This document shows positions 23,938-37,829 of a stretch of 64,000 nucleotides of DNA, one piece after another (position 1 is the first letter of the stretch; each line of letters opens with the position of its first letter). A program made the translations under genes and the position numbers. Under the pieces are notes generated by a model. That model did not search any database and had not been told where the DNA came from. It saw only the letters and a list, made by a program, of their open reading frames with translations. The stretch is from Lytechinus pictus (taxonomy: Eukaryota), in NCBI RefSeq assembly GCF_037042905.1, contig NC_087250.1, forward strand, positions 22,942,001 through 23,006,000. Direction: 5' to 3'.

Positions 23938-24479
23938 AGGTAACCAAAACACAAGAAGCAATCTTATTGGAAAGAGTAAAATGAGACGAACAATTTTTTA
24001 AAAAAAATTCATCAAAATCGGTTATGAAATAAGCAAGTTATGGATGTTTGAAAAGTCTGATTGTACTTTCTATGGGGATCCTCAAATCGGCAAACGTGCT
24101 TCAAAATGGCTGATTTTGTGGACAACTCTACATTTGTTTTGTACACAAATTTTCAGATTTTCCTCATTATCTTTCAAATTGCATCTTGCCTCCTTCAGAG
24201 CACAACATATGTCATGGTCAGGAGGAGATAATGTGAAATATGTAAAATAAAGGAGAAAATCTGAAAATGTGTGTACAAAACAAATGGAGAGTTGTCCACA
24301 GAATCAGCAATTTTGAAGCACGTTTGCCAATTTGAGGATCCCCATAGAAAGAACAAGACTTTTTAAACATCCATAACTTGCTTATTTCATAACTGATTTT
24401 GATGACTTAAAAAAAAAATTGTTCCTCTCATTTTACTCTTTCCAATGAGATTGCTTCTCTTCTTGGGTTTTGGTTTCCT
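23938..24479. mobile_element. Palindromic Kolobok-like MITE
   Basis: ttaa|aggtaaccaaaac ... ttttggtttcct|ttaa; arms inverted over most of their length. Confidence 0.85.
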
Positions 24480-24514
24480 TTAACTAAATATTTAATACAA
24501 ATAATTGCCACTGT

Positions 24515-24790
24515 GGGGGCATCATGGTCTAGTGGTTAAGACTCTTGTCTTTCAATCTGAAGGACATGGGTTCGATTCCCAGCCATAGCATGTTTTCCTT
24601 CAGCAATAAATTTACCCACATTGTGCTGCACTCAACCCAGGTGAGGTAAATGGGTACCAGCAGGAAGTAATTCCTCAAAAAGCTGTGTGCACCGGAATCA
24701 GTAGACTAGCTTAGCCAGGGTAATATAGGAGCACCTTGAGCACCTAGCAAGGTGGATACGTGCGCTATACAAATCCTATATTATTTATTC
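24515..24790 (+). mobile_element. tRNA-derived SINE
   Basis: A box tggtctagtgg, B box ggttcgattcc, central cccaggtgaggtaaatgggtacc, AT-rich tail; family recurs in the window. Confidence 0.85.
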
Positions 24791-25513
24791 ACACCAAAGA
24801 TGCCAACATAATTAAAGATGTTTCAGTATTTAAAGGCTGAAAAACAGTATTTTGGTAAGAAAATCAGTATTACAAAGAAGTACCATGGGACAACATATAA
24901 ACTGAAATTTTAGAAACCACCCCATATTCTTTCTCATTTTCTGTAATAATTACTGAAAACCAGTACTGCTAGGCAGCTCTGCTACCCCCACTACGAGTAG
25001 ATGAACTGTTTATGAACCAATTTTTCTTTTAATATGTAGAGTAATAGGAAGATGAATTGGATATTAGAACATCCGGTCATTACATAATAATAATAATATA
25101 TATATATAATAATAGAACAGTTTATGTATAGCGCATTACACCTTACAAAGGTCTTAATGTGCATTAGGAAAACGAAGAAGATGAGGGAAAGCTGCTGGTA
25201 ATGCTTTGATAATATTATTATCAGTCAAATAAATTTGTTTTTGATGCAGATTTAAATTGCCCAATTTTATCAACTTGCCTTAAATTGTTTGGGATACTCA
25301 GGGGTCTTTTTATTTGTGAGAGGTCACAAATAAAAAGATCTGAAAAAAGCTGAAGTGTTGAAAAAGTCTGAAATAGAGAGAGCTCCCATACTTTTTGTAC
25401 AGAGAAAAGCCCCAAATAAGCTGAAATTAAACTGAAAATCAAAACAAAGAAATCTGAAATCAGCTAAAAATCTGAACTCTCACATCCCTGGATACTATTT
25501 GTCTTAAGAACAG

Positions 25514-25685
25514 GTGGGTGTTTCATAAAGCTGTTCGTAAAGTTACGAACAGCTTTACGCACGACTGGAACATGTTCTTAGGTCATAACTCAATTACATA
25601 GGGATATCACATAGCACAAGAAAGGATCACCAGTCGTGCGTAAAGTCATTCGTATCTTACGAACAGCTTTATGAAACGGGCCCCA
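25514..25685. mobile_element. Small Harbinger-like MITE
   Basis: Inverted ends gtttcataaagctgttcgtaa / ttacgaacagctttatgaaac. Confidence 0.7.
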
Positions 25686-26487
25686 TGTACGTTATATAAA
25701 TCCTTATGAAGTGATCTAAGATTTCAAACAGGTTCATATTTTACAAGTAACTCAGACAGATAAGATGGAGCCATTTGTTGAAAACCCATCATTGATTCAT
25801 TCAGATGATGCTCATGGGACGGTGACACGACATATCTGTATGCTCCTGCGACAATTGCTCCAGTCTTAATATCTCAGAGGGCATAGGGTTAGAGTTAGAA
25901 TTGTTAATAGAGTTTGTGGTGTAGAATAATGTGAAGATAAAGTTTAGGGTTTATGTAGTTTTGGAGATTAGATTTTATGTTTGGCTGAACGTGCAGATTT
26001 TCCATCGGAGCAATTGTCGCCGGAGCACATGTCATGGAACCCATGGGACGTGTACTACTGTGTTTAACCATTGAGAAGTTTATGTCTTCCATGTTATGTG
26101 TGCATTGCCACTTAAGCACATTTTTATCCAGTTCCAAATTTCACAATTGATGGTTTACTGAAGAGAACTTTACCACATGTGACAATGAATATTCAATCAA
26201 GACAATGACCACACTGGGCAGAAATTAACCCAATCGCTTCTGGAACCGGGTGATCCCTGCACAAAACCCATAGAAATTACACATTTCAGTAGTCAAGAGG
26301 TTAGCCCATTTCCTACTGGAACCAGGCGATTCCTGTACAATCTCTATGGAATTTACAGAATTAAGTAGTTAACAGATTAACTCATCAAGACGAGAAAACA
26401 AAATATATGTGCCTATGATTTGGTGCGTTATTAAAGTGCTAAAAAAGAATGAAAAATCTTGGAGTGAAAATGAGTTCATTGACCCAC

Positions 26488-26666
26488 CTCCATTACTCGA
26501 CCAGCAGCACTAACCCCCCTGACCGCTTGACCAAAGAGGATAGAAATAGCTGCAAGTGACCGCTGGACATTTTGTGATGCAACAAGGAAAGACATGAGTT
26601 GACCCGCTTGAACCTCATTGGACGACATTAGATAGCCGCCGTAGTAGACCACGCCCAACACGAGAC
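26488..26666 (-). CDS. ABCB8: ABCB8 exon 9
   Basis: ttacag|[60 protein letters not shown]|gtgggt; 179 nt; [13 protein letters not shown] is characteristic of ABCB8. Confidence 0.95.
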
Positions 26667-28516
26667 CTGTAATCCAAAAAAAAGAGGAATTTTAATCTAA
26701 ATTTTTTTTGGACACATTGCTAGGTAAGAGGGTATGGAACAGGGTTTATTTTCAATTGGTCTAATAAATGCCAATTCGTCCAATTACCAACTCATCTACT
26801 ATCATTTGGTCTACCATCAGTTCGTCCTATATCCACAGGGTCTAATTGGCATTTTGTCCACTCACCATTTCTTTTAATAACCAGTAAGTCCAATAGCCAT
26901 TTAGCCCACATACCATTTGGTCTAAGACTATAAAGAGTTAATTGGGCAAAATGAATGAAAAGAAAAGGGGTATAAGACCAACTGGTTATGAGACGAAAAG
27001 GTCACAGACAAACTGGTAATTAGACAAAGTGATTATTGGACCAAATGGTTGTTAGACGAAACGTTGATGGATGGAATGGCATTATACTAAGTGAAGGTAG
27101 ACCATTTGATGAGTGGACAAGTTCGCAATAGACATATTAGTAATTCACCTGGAGCAGGACATCATGGTCAGGGAAAGCACAAGGTCAAAGGCAAAGAGGA
27201 AGACAAAGAAATAAATGGTTGGAAGACGTTACCAACGAAAATACCAAATCGTTGGACACATTGTTTGGTCAAAGAGTATGGACCAAGACATCATGCTCTG
27301 GGAAAGTACAAGGTCACAGGAAAAGAGGAAGAATAAGAAATAGATGGATGGGAGGGGATGACCCTGCCCCCCCCCCAAAAAAAGAAAGACTAATCCTTGA
27401 TCCTTGAGAGATATGTGCTTGATCAAGACCAGGGTCCCGTAACACAAAGGTTAGCGATTGATCGTACGCTTGATTTTCACAATGGATTGTACATTGTAGT
27501 CAATGGAATCAATCGTAGAAAAGTGTTCTACGATCATTGCTAAGGTATGTGTTACGGCCCTAGGGTTCACTTTGACGGTTATATCAGTAGTAACTCTTTT
27601 AGCGACCCCACTGAATGTTCACTTGTGTGACAGTGGAAAGTATTATATACATTTAATCCTGATTAGTTTGAAGCTTTATATACAGTATATTTAATACTCA
27701 TGTGAAAGGTGTTATACATAAAAATACAGGGTTTACTGAATCTTGTATCTATCAACTGGAATAGTAAATAATTCATATTGCTCCTGTCTGAAAGGTGCCA
27801 TTGACAAAGTACAGGGCTCATTTGCCTTGATGAACTAGAATGATAAATAACGCATATCATCCCAGTCTGAAAGATGCCAAAGGCAAAGTACAGGATTCAT
27901 CTGCCTAGTGCCTCAAATGGAATAGAAAATAACTTATATTATACTTGTGAGAAAGTGCCATAGACAATGTGCAGGGTTCATTCGACCTTGTACCTTTCAA
28001 CTAGAATAATCAATAGTTCGTCTAATTCCTGTGTGAAAGATGCCATCGATGATATAACAATTATTTGACCTTGTACTTGTCAACTAGAACAATCAATACA
28101 AACCACCTGGCGCATCAACAATGAGAACACAAACCTGTGACCAAGTTTTCAAAATTTTCAATAACAATTGATGGAATCTTGTCTCGTCCCATCAAATTAC
28201 AGGTTATCAGCAGCTTTCACAGTAACTTATAACAGTAGCTTGTAACCTAGCAAGGCCTTCGTTCAAGACGTCAGGTGGCTGGGACCTGGGATCAGAGAAA
28301 TTTACACTTTTCACGACCTACTGCATAAATCTGCAACATTAAAACTGCAGTGAATTAGGATATTCCAGGGGACTTTTTTTCATTTTCTGGGCGTCTTTCC
28401 ATCATTTTGGGGTAAAAAGTGTTCCCTGAAAATGTTTTTGTAAAGAAATGGTTGTTTGCCTGTCTGGGATAATACTGACGACCATCATCTCTGAATCTCA
28501 ATCAATCAAAATGTGT

Positions 28517-28790
28517 GGGTGCGTCGTGGTCTAGTGGTTATGACTCTCGTCTTTCAAACAGAGGGTCGTGGGTTCAAATCCTAGCCATGGCATGTTTTCC
28601 TTCAGCAAGAAATTTATCCACAATGTGCTGCACTCGACCCAGGTGAGGGAAATGGGTACTGGCAGGGAGTAATTCCTCAAAAAGCTGTGTGCACCAGAAT
28701 CGGTAGACTAGCTTAGCCGGGGTAATATAGGAGCGCCTTGAGCACCTAGCAAGGTGGATACGTGCACTATACAAATTCTACATTATTCTT
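28517..28790 (+). mobile_element. tRNA-derived SINE
   Basis: Colinear with the 24515 copy. Confidence 0.85.
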
Positions 28791-29073
28791 ATATCATCAT
28801 TATTCTCAAAACTTATGTTTTTAACAAATGATGTTGAAATTTCAACTTATAAACTGGGGCAGTAAAAGGAACTTGCAAAATTGTTGTTTGCCTGTCTGGG
28901 ATAATACTGATGAACATCATTTATGAATCTCAACCAATCAGAACTTATATTTTTTTTAAATCATGTTGATATTTTAAATAATGAACTAAGTCAGTAAAAA
29001 GAACTTGCAACCAATTGCAATTGAATTTGGGGTATAAAAGAATAATGCATTAGTGAAGAGTATCATTACTCAC

Positions 29074-29257
29074 CATTAAGAGCTAAATTAGTGAGTCCCT
29101 GGAACAAGCCGATGCCGAAACCAAGTCGAGATTGAAGACCACTTGCCCTTTCCAACTCCTGCCTAAAGAGGGCAGCCTCTTGCTCCTCCATGGCAAAGGC
29201 TCGGACAGTTCTCATGTTTGCCAGAGCTTCGTCCGCCACAGACATGGCCCTTGATGT
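29074..29257 (-). CDS. ABCB8: ABCB8 exon 8
   Basis: acccag|TSRAMSVADEALANMRTVRAFAMEEQE...GIGLFQGLTNLALN-G|gtgagt; 184 nt. Confidence 0.95.
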
Positions 29258-30294
29258 CTGGGTAAGGGGATGACGAAGGGAAAAAATTAAAAGGAAATTC
29301 ATGAATTAGCTAGGTCGTTTCTCGACAGAATATTCTTGCAGGCTTGCCAACATTTGAAAGGCTCGGACAGTTCTCATGTTTGCCAGAGCTTCGTCCGCCA
29401 CAGACATGGCCCTTGATGTCTGGGTAAGGGGATGACGAAGGGAAAAAATTAAAAGGAAATTCATGAATTAGCTAGGTCGTTTCTCGGCAGAATATTCTTA
29501 CAGGCTTGCCAACATTTGAAAATTAAAAAAAAAGGAGTCCTAATCGCACGCCATAAATTTTTCTGCTCGATGTCAGGTGTGTCTCCGTCAAGTTTTTTTT
29601 TAAATAAGACAAATTTACAGCATTCTTCTATTTAAACACTGAAAACTTAGAAGTTTTGAAAAAGTATGTGTATTACTCTTACACACACCCATACCCACCA
29701 CACAAATACAGATATGGGCTGATTTATTTTTTATCTTAAATTCATGGAAAAATAGAGTGCTCCTCTTTTTGATCGATAACAATTTTTAAAAACAGGGTAA
29801 CTCCTGGAAAAAAGGAGTAATTGGCGGGCCTGTTTTTGATGTGGGGTTTCAATTTAAACCGGACATAAATACAGCCAAGTCATTGTTTTATTTTTCTAAA
29901 AAAGTCTAATATTCAAAATTTCTCCACAAAGCATATGATTTATAACCACTAAATGCTTGCTATACAATACATATAGTATTATACATGTATAGAATTCAAC
30001 ATTTTAAATAGAGCTTGGTGTGCCTCTCAAGATAAACAATAAACTATAAACTTATTTTCTTCCATGTTCAAATTGCATTGAAATATCATCTCATGCTGAT
30101 ATTTTAATCTCTTTTAAAATGATGAAAATAACCTTTTACAAATCTAGTTTGAAAATGAATAATATTTAGCATATACAAGATCAAATTTAAGAGAATAATT
30201 TCCAACTAGTATGCCAAATACGAATCCATCCATAATTTATTGTTAGAAATAGACATGAAATGAAATACTGTGAGAATTTGCTTTGCCCAATTGA

Positions 30295-30480
30295 TCATGG
30301 GCCCGGCAGCCGCTGTGCAGCGCCAGATCGACGAGGCTCTATCCCTTTAATCGTTAAACGCCAAACATGGTAGCAACAACTCCCATCTCTTAACGTCTTT
30401 TGGTCTGATGCGGCCAGGGTTTGAACCCCGACCTCCCAGTTGTGAGACAGACGCTCTACCAACTGAGCCAACACACCGGT
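30295..30480 (-). mobile_element. tRNA-derived SINE, second family (Meta-domain-like)
   Basis: Minus strand tggctcagttggtagagcg (A box), ggttcaaaccc (B box), then cagaccaaaagacgttaagagatggg. Confidence 0.7.
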
Positions 30481-30562
30481 CTCATTCAAAGATAACTAAT
30501 AAGGCAGCCGACAGAATTCATTTTGATCACAATTGGCAAATCTAACCAATGAAACACATTTT

Positions 30563-31650
30563 GGCCCGTATTCTGAAGTCGGGTTTAACTTAAACTCAGG
30601 TTTAAAGTTGTGGTTTAAGTATGGATAGCCAATTGTTACATAAATCACTAACAGTAGAGACATCATACCTCAGCTCATTTGGCTCTCAAATCATTCATAA
30701 TTGTCTAGGAAGTATAAATATATTATTGTTTTCACCATCAATGAATCAGGAAAGAGCATCTAGTAAACATAGGAAACATACAACTTAATAGAAATTTTGA
30801 TACTTTTGGCTTCCCATACTTAAAGTACAACTTTAAACCTGAGTTTAAGTTAACCCTATCTTAACTGGGCTATTTTGGACCAGTATATTCTGGGGGTCAA
30901 TTTGACCCCCCCCCCCCTCAGACCTCGGCCGCTGATTGCGCAATCGCTGCGAAAATTAGCAAGTGCGTAGAGCCGGATTTAAACTACAAGAGTGTATAGT
31001 AAAATTTAAAAAATAAAAATTTAAATATTTTTTATTAATTAATTATGCAAATAAGCATATGAAATTTGCCATAAATTTGTTTTTTGTGTATGTATTTGCC
31101 TTTAACTCAATTTATATAGCTAGTAGAATGCTAATTTTTGGTGGGAGTATCAATTATTCCATTTCTAACAAATATCTACAAAAAATAGCAAAATTATAAT
31201 TAATTTCTTGTGTATTTTATTGTTTTTTAAATTCTTATATATTTCTTTGTTTTTTTGTTGTATTTCCAGATGAACTTTTTTAGGACACTTTTGCAATCAT
31301 AAATAGGATAAAATAAATCAATTTAAACCAACATAACTAAAAATAATCATACATTTATGATTTTTGGTTGAAAAACACAATTTGCATTGACTTTTTTACA
31401 CGAAATCACGTTTTTTTAGCAATTTCTGGTCTGACATGCACTTACAAAACGTTGCGTAATTTCGGAACCACGTACCCCGGCGTTGCAAATTTGGTCTCAA
31501 AGGATGCACAAGACTTGAGAGTAAAAAGTCAGTGAGCGGTGCAGTCAAAAATATTTGTGCGACGGCGTAGTGACAAAATTTGTTGAGGGGGGTCAAATTG
31601 ACCCCTCCCCCAGTTTAATAAGGGTTAAACCAGACTTCAGAATACGGGCC
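30563..31650. mobile_element. Harbinger-like MITE containing a nested piggyBac-like MITE (30854-31624)
   Basis: Outer TIR ggcccgtattctgaagtc; inner ttaa|ccctat ... ataggg|ttaa. Confidence 0.8.
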
Positions 31651-31708
31651 TTTGACTTTATATCTTCCACACCATATTCATTTGAGAAAAAGGAAGAAGA
31701 CTGGTTAC

Positions 31709-31849
31709 CTGTTCTTGGGCATCCCTGGATAGGTTTCTCAACACAGTACCTATGGCAGCACCAGCTAGGACTATGACTGGTAAAGTGATAACCAGTACAC
31801 CGGTCAGCTTTGGTGATAGGCTGTACATACAGATCACTGACCCTGCTAT
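31709..31849 (-). CDS. ABCB8: ABCB8 exon 7
   Basis: ttgcag|IAGSVICMYSLSPKLTGVLVITLPVIVLAGAAIGTVLRNLSRDAQEQ|gtaacc; 141 nt. Confidence 0.95.
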
Positions 31850-32021
31850 CTGCAACATAAAAGGATTACAACTTGTAGTGTGTTGTTTCACGAAGCTGTT
31901 TGTGAGTTAGGAACGAATATACAAATGACTTAATGACCGATTACTGAACCCTTCTTGGGACTATGACTGGTAAAGTGATAACCAGTACACCGGTCAGCTT
32001 TGGTGATAAGCTGTACATATA

Positions 32022-32823
32022 GGCTGCGTTTATGCGACCTCAAGCCAGAATCATGATTTGAATCATGATTCAAAACACAAACATGAATCACAATATCACA
32101 GAATCAGCGTTTAGACGACCTTCATTCCAATGCTGTTTCTCCTCAGATTCGGGCCAATCCAGTGCGCATCACTAGTGCGCAGTTTGACAGAGGAAGTTTT
32201 TCGCACGTGTTTCGGCTCTCGAAAATTCTTTTGCTTCCATCAGAATTCAGTCTATACCTCATTTTGTTTACTTCTATCATAAAGGGTCCATATGCTTCTA
32301 TTCATCTTGTTAGTTTATCCAAAATGGTGTTCGGAAGTGAATTTCAGCGTAGATCCAATACTGTATACTCAACAACAACTGAGATCATTGTCTGTCCAGT
32401 TAATTCATTTACTAGAACTTGAAGTTGAAGACATGACCAAAAAATGAAAAGTAGTGGACGATGCGATGACCAACACAGAACTTGAACATGACAAGAAATG
32501 AATTCATAGTACATAGTCATGTACATACAATGAGCATATAGAGCGCCTTGAGCTTGGCAAGAGTCAAACCGAAAGTAGCCCGACACAACAGTGAGGTCAT
32601 ATAATCATGATTGTAATCACGATATCGTTTATTCGAACATTTTCGTACGTGATTCTGCAGAAACGTCTTTCCAAACGCCCCTTTTTTCGTGTTTCATGTT
32701 TGTGATTCTAATCATGATTATATTCAATTTCGACTAAACGCAATCGTGATTCTGCAGAATCATGATTTGAATCATGATTCAAATCATGATTCTAGGGTAA
32801 AAAAGTGGCGGATAAACGCACCC
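32022..32823. mobile_element. Harbinger-like MITE inserted in a duplicated fragment of exon 7
   Basis: TIR gg(c/g)tgcgtttat, ATA TSD, aatcatgatt subterminal palindromes. Confidence 0.85.
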
Positions 32824-33375
32824 ATAGATCGCTGAACCTGCTATCTGCAACATAAAGGATGACCACATCATCGATTTAGGGTGGTGTTTCATGAAAGCTG
32901 GAGAGCGCTTTATAGCAAAGCTGAATGGAGCACTATAACAATAATACAAAGCATGAGACATGCATCGAAACTTTAAACTAAACTCGAAACGAATCAAAAA
33001 GTCCCAGTTGACCCCAGCAACAGGCTGATCCGAATGAATAGAGAAAAGAGAAACATCCATTCTATCCATTCAAATCATCCTGCAGGTGGAGCAGACTTGG
33101 GCTAAAAGAAAAGGAATAAAAATAGGCAAAAAATAAATAAATAAATAAAATAAAATAAAAAATAATAATAATAATAGGCAGTTATATAGCGCCATCTATC
33201 TAGAAATAATCTACTGTACAAGCTGTTATTTTTACGTACAGAATTTTTCGCGAATCGAGGGGGTCCCGTTTGCGGGTTGTTAAATTCGCGATCAGAAGAT
33301 GTTCAAAACACTTCCACAGCATTTCAACAATGCAAAACTAGTGCAAATCATGTGCAAATCTATGCTCCTCAGAGT

Positions 33376-33551
33376 GTGTGTGTGTGTGTATTTGAGTTTT
33401 GTCAGACGTGTATCAATCAGATTTGATTATTTACGTCTGGGACCGACCTTTAACGTCACCATCCGAAAGACGTGACCAGGGCTCGAACCTCTGCATCAAT
33501 TTGTAACTTCCCCGCATAGCTTGGATTACAGGCGCACGCCACAACGCCCAG
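33376..33551 (-). mobile_element. Short SINE with 7SL/Alu-like head, B box, Deu-domain-like segment and (CA)n tail
   Basis: Minus strand CTGGGCGTTGTGGCGTGCGCCTGTAATCCAAGCTATGCGGG...GGTTCGAGCCC...GTCTTTCGGATGGTGACGTTAAAGGTCGGTCCC...(CA)n. Confidence 0.7.
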
Positions 33552-34720
33552 AGTCCCCATGCTGATGTCTATTATACATAAATATGTCCCTGTAAAAACA
33601 GTTACAATATGTGGAAAAAGGGGGCTTAATTTTCACTTTTTTTACCTTTAGATCTGAAAATTCATCATGTCACAGTTTGATCTGTAATCCATAGGGTAAA
33701 GCAATCTTTGGAATTTGTGTTTTGTCAGATTCATTTTTCAAAAAGTTGGTAAAAGTGCAAAAATGTTGAATTTTGTGCAGAATCTTACACCTCGCAACGC
33801 TCTGGTCATGTGACTTATGAATATTAATGAGTATGCAAATAGCTGCCAATACGTGTGTACAAAATCAATCAGATGACAATAAAATCAAATTATTTCATGG
33901 AAAATACATTTTGATATTACAGTGAGTGAAAAAACATTGATAAACTTATGTTAGAAAATAGTTTAGGCTCTAATTTTTTTTGAGAAATAAACTTTTGAAT
34001 TACTAACTGTACTTTCTAAGCCTTATTTTTTGTACATATAGAGGTGCATACTTCAACTTTCTCACTACACAGGAAGTTTCCAATCGCAAATCTTTGCTGT
34101 CGGGGACATTGGCACTGGCTAAGTGACCGTATTTTTATTATTGGTGTTCTCCTTCATTCGCCTGCAGGATCGTGCATCGGAACGGCGGACGATTTTTACC
34201 CGAAGTCCTTGGCAGAGTCGAAAAGTAGGAGCCAAAATCGGCGGAACGGCGTAAAACTAATTATGTCCGCTTTGTTCCGCCGATCTGCTCTGCATGCACT
34301 GCACTGAGCAGATATCAGCGAGAGGCCAGGCCTGCTGCACTAGCGCTGCAGTAGCGATGGATTCGACGCTAGCTAGCTCGTAGTACTGCACTTTTAAATA
34401 TAGCCGCTCCCCAATCCATAGCAATTCCAAGGCGATCACAATCGCTTGGCTCGAATAATGCATGAATTATGTATGTCTTATGTTTTATGAATCCTTAATA
34501 TATACCAATCATAAAGCAATTATAATAAAACTTGCCTACCATTCCCTGACTTTGTTCATAGCTCAGGCCAAGGCAAGATGCAATCGCTCCTCTATCAATT
34601 TCGGACTCGGACTCCACTCTAAATCTGGTTGGAATTTGGCAACCAGTAAAAAAAAACAAAAAAAAACAAAAAAATTGCCACAGATTTGGCGAGCTTTTGG
34701 GGGGGATCTTTCCCTTTATG

Positions 34721-34769
<49 letters not shown>

Positions 34770-35616
34770 AAAAAAGTTTGGAAATCTGAGTTTGACCATT
34801 AATTTCTCCCAACTCAAAATTTTACACAATGCATATTTGATATCATTCAAAAGATCATTTAATTCTCTTTAAAATGATACCATGCTTGTTATGATCATGC
34901 CATCACGAAAAGAGCAGGATTCAAAAATGAGGTCTGAATTGAAAAGCTGCAAAACTACCAGAAATTGTCATGAAGGGTCAATACAGAACATGATTCTTCA
35001 TTTTTTATGTTTTGTTGTGGTTTATGTAGTGATGGTTTGTTTGTTTGTTATGTTTGCTTGTGCAGAGGTGTGTTTCATTCCATGATAATGTTGATGTTAA
35101 GGTGCATGAAAACAATTAAAAGAAACCCCTGAGAAACCCACTCATCACCACGGAAAAAAGGAACAGTGACTTTCAATATTGTGTCATTTTGCAACTTTTG
35201 AATTTTGAAATTGCCCCACATTTCAAGGCACTGCACCTCCATGTGAACCATAATCATATCATGTAGGGTATCATTTTAAAGAAAATTAAATGATCTATTC
35301 ATTAATATTAATAACGCATTGATATTTACTAAAACCGAGGAGGGATTATCGATCAAAGTTAAAAGAAACAGCTGAGAAACTCACTCATCACCACGGAAAA
35401 AAGATCAGTGACTTTCAATATTGTGTCACTATGCAACTTTTGAATGTTGACCTTGCCCCACATTCAAGGCACTGCACTCCATATAATCATATCATTTAGG
35501 GTATCATTTTAAACAAAATTAAATGATCTATTCATTTATATTAATTACACATTGATATTTACTAAAACCAAGGAGGGATTAACGATCAAAGTCAGATTTC
35601 CAAACTTTTTTTGAGG

Positions 35617-35648
<32 letters not shown>

Positions 35649-37829
35649 ACTTTTTTAGACTTGACAATTATGAAAAAATGAAAATATGTTTTTGACTCGC
35701 CGTACGGCCGCCGTAGAGCAACTGTGACGGAGGTATTACCATTCAACTCCATTCTTCGCTGATCCATTTTATTCTTTTTTTTACATGAACTATTAAACTC
35801 TATATTTAATTTGCCATTTCTATTCAAAGTGGTACTACCAAGATGCAAGTTATTTGTATAATGCAGTGTGTTTAGATTTGCATATAGTTCAAAGTTACAT
35901 GGTTTAAAATAGTTATCCGAGAATTCTTAACCACACAATTAATACTCACCTTCGTTATCAGAATCAATTTCTTTACCTTTTCACTTCAAAATATTTATAT
36001 CTCTCTCCACATTTATTGTCTTTTCACTGGTTTCCGCTACAAAAAGATAAATCGGTACATTATCAGCTCTTAAAAAACTATACCAAAGTGAAACTAATCA
36101 TCATCATCATCATCATCAGTGTACGGAAGAAGAAGGCAAGCCTGTCGAGACTTCCGGTCGTTCCTTCTGATAGTACTTGTTCCAACTTGACTATTTTAAA
36201 TGTCTTGTAAATTACATGCATGCATGTTGCGTTTTGTTTTCTTTTTTTCTTATTCTTATTTATCTTTGAATTTTGAATATTACTCTTTTGCTGTCTTCGT
36301 ATCATAATTCCTTTTAATCTAAAACATCTCAGTCCTACTTAATAATAATTTTGATTCTCACGCACCTCTCTCTCGTCTTCCTCCAGACTCGAGTGAATCA
36401 ATTTTACTATACGTCATGTCATCCCTTCTCTTTCCATTATTGCCATATGTTTACAACGCTGTTTCATTACACATATGTTGACAGAAGCTTCAACAAAGTC
36501 AGCAAATCAAAACTAAATCTCAAAACTCTCACTCAACCATTCTGATTCACCTTTTCTTTTCTCATGTCTCACCACATACACTCTCTGCATGTCAATTTGA
36601 TTTATATCATTTTCCATCTTTAAATTTTGCTCAACATCTTTTCCAATTCTCATACATGTACATACTTTACACTGACATAGTCAGACATGTTATACAAGGT
36701 ATGTACTATTATTAAATTTTCATCACACAATACATGAACGAAATAATATATTGACATTGATAGATACATGTAGAACACCAATAACATTATTTCATGTTAA
36801 AACATAGTTATATCATTGCAAAACAACGTTTTGTTGAAAATTATATGTTTAGAAATAAGTAATTATGGTTATGATTAACACAAAGAGTTATACATATTAA
36901 GATATGAACACTATTTAATGAGAAACCATTCTAAATTTGTTTATTTTGACAAGTAGTTCATAACTTTATACTGTTTACAAGTTTTGGTATATAATTATGT
37001 ATAAAAACTGGACAGTGTTTAACTTATCAGAAATTTATGATCAATGATGCAAAATAAAGGGTTGAAACATTTATTTACAAATTATCAGGGTTCCTACTCT
37101 CCACACGGTTTGAATAATCATTCACTCCTTCAAGAACAGGGAATACATTATTTTTCAAAATTCTACTGAACGGTCAAACATTTTTACAGAACAAGTAAAA
37201 TGGAAAATATCTATTTAGACTTGTCATGCTTGTTGTACCTTCATAATTCAGTGAGTATATTACTATCCATCAATTCTCACATAATCATCAAACTGCTCTG
37301 TTGAAATGAGTGAATAGTCAGAAATACAGAAGGCAAAGCACTCTGAAAAGGAAATTAGTGTCAAAGTTATATATACATATATATACATGTATATATACAT
37401 AACATACTTATGATTTCTCATCTGCGTTCTCACTGAGAATTTATATGATTGTATAATCATTGTTGAATTACAGGTTGACATTAATAACAGTTAGGTTTGA
37501 ATATATTTATTTGGAAGCGACAACTAAATATCAATTTGTTTTTTTTTGCTACGTTTGTTTCTGGATAAAGATGAAAATAAATCAAGAATGATAGGTGTAC
37601 TTCTACAAATGCGAAATGTTGCACATTTAATGCATAAAGGTAAGTATATTTTAACACAATGACCAAATTAATGTTTATTTGTGGTCACCAAATAAGTTTG
37701 GGCCAATGTGGAAATTCAATGGGATCGAATAAAATATCCCAGCACTAGTATGTAGTCAACACCCCATCATCTAAAACCTTCCGCTTAGGATAAAAGTTGG
37801 TCAATCCTTCTATTATTTGATTGTATTTG

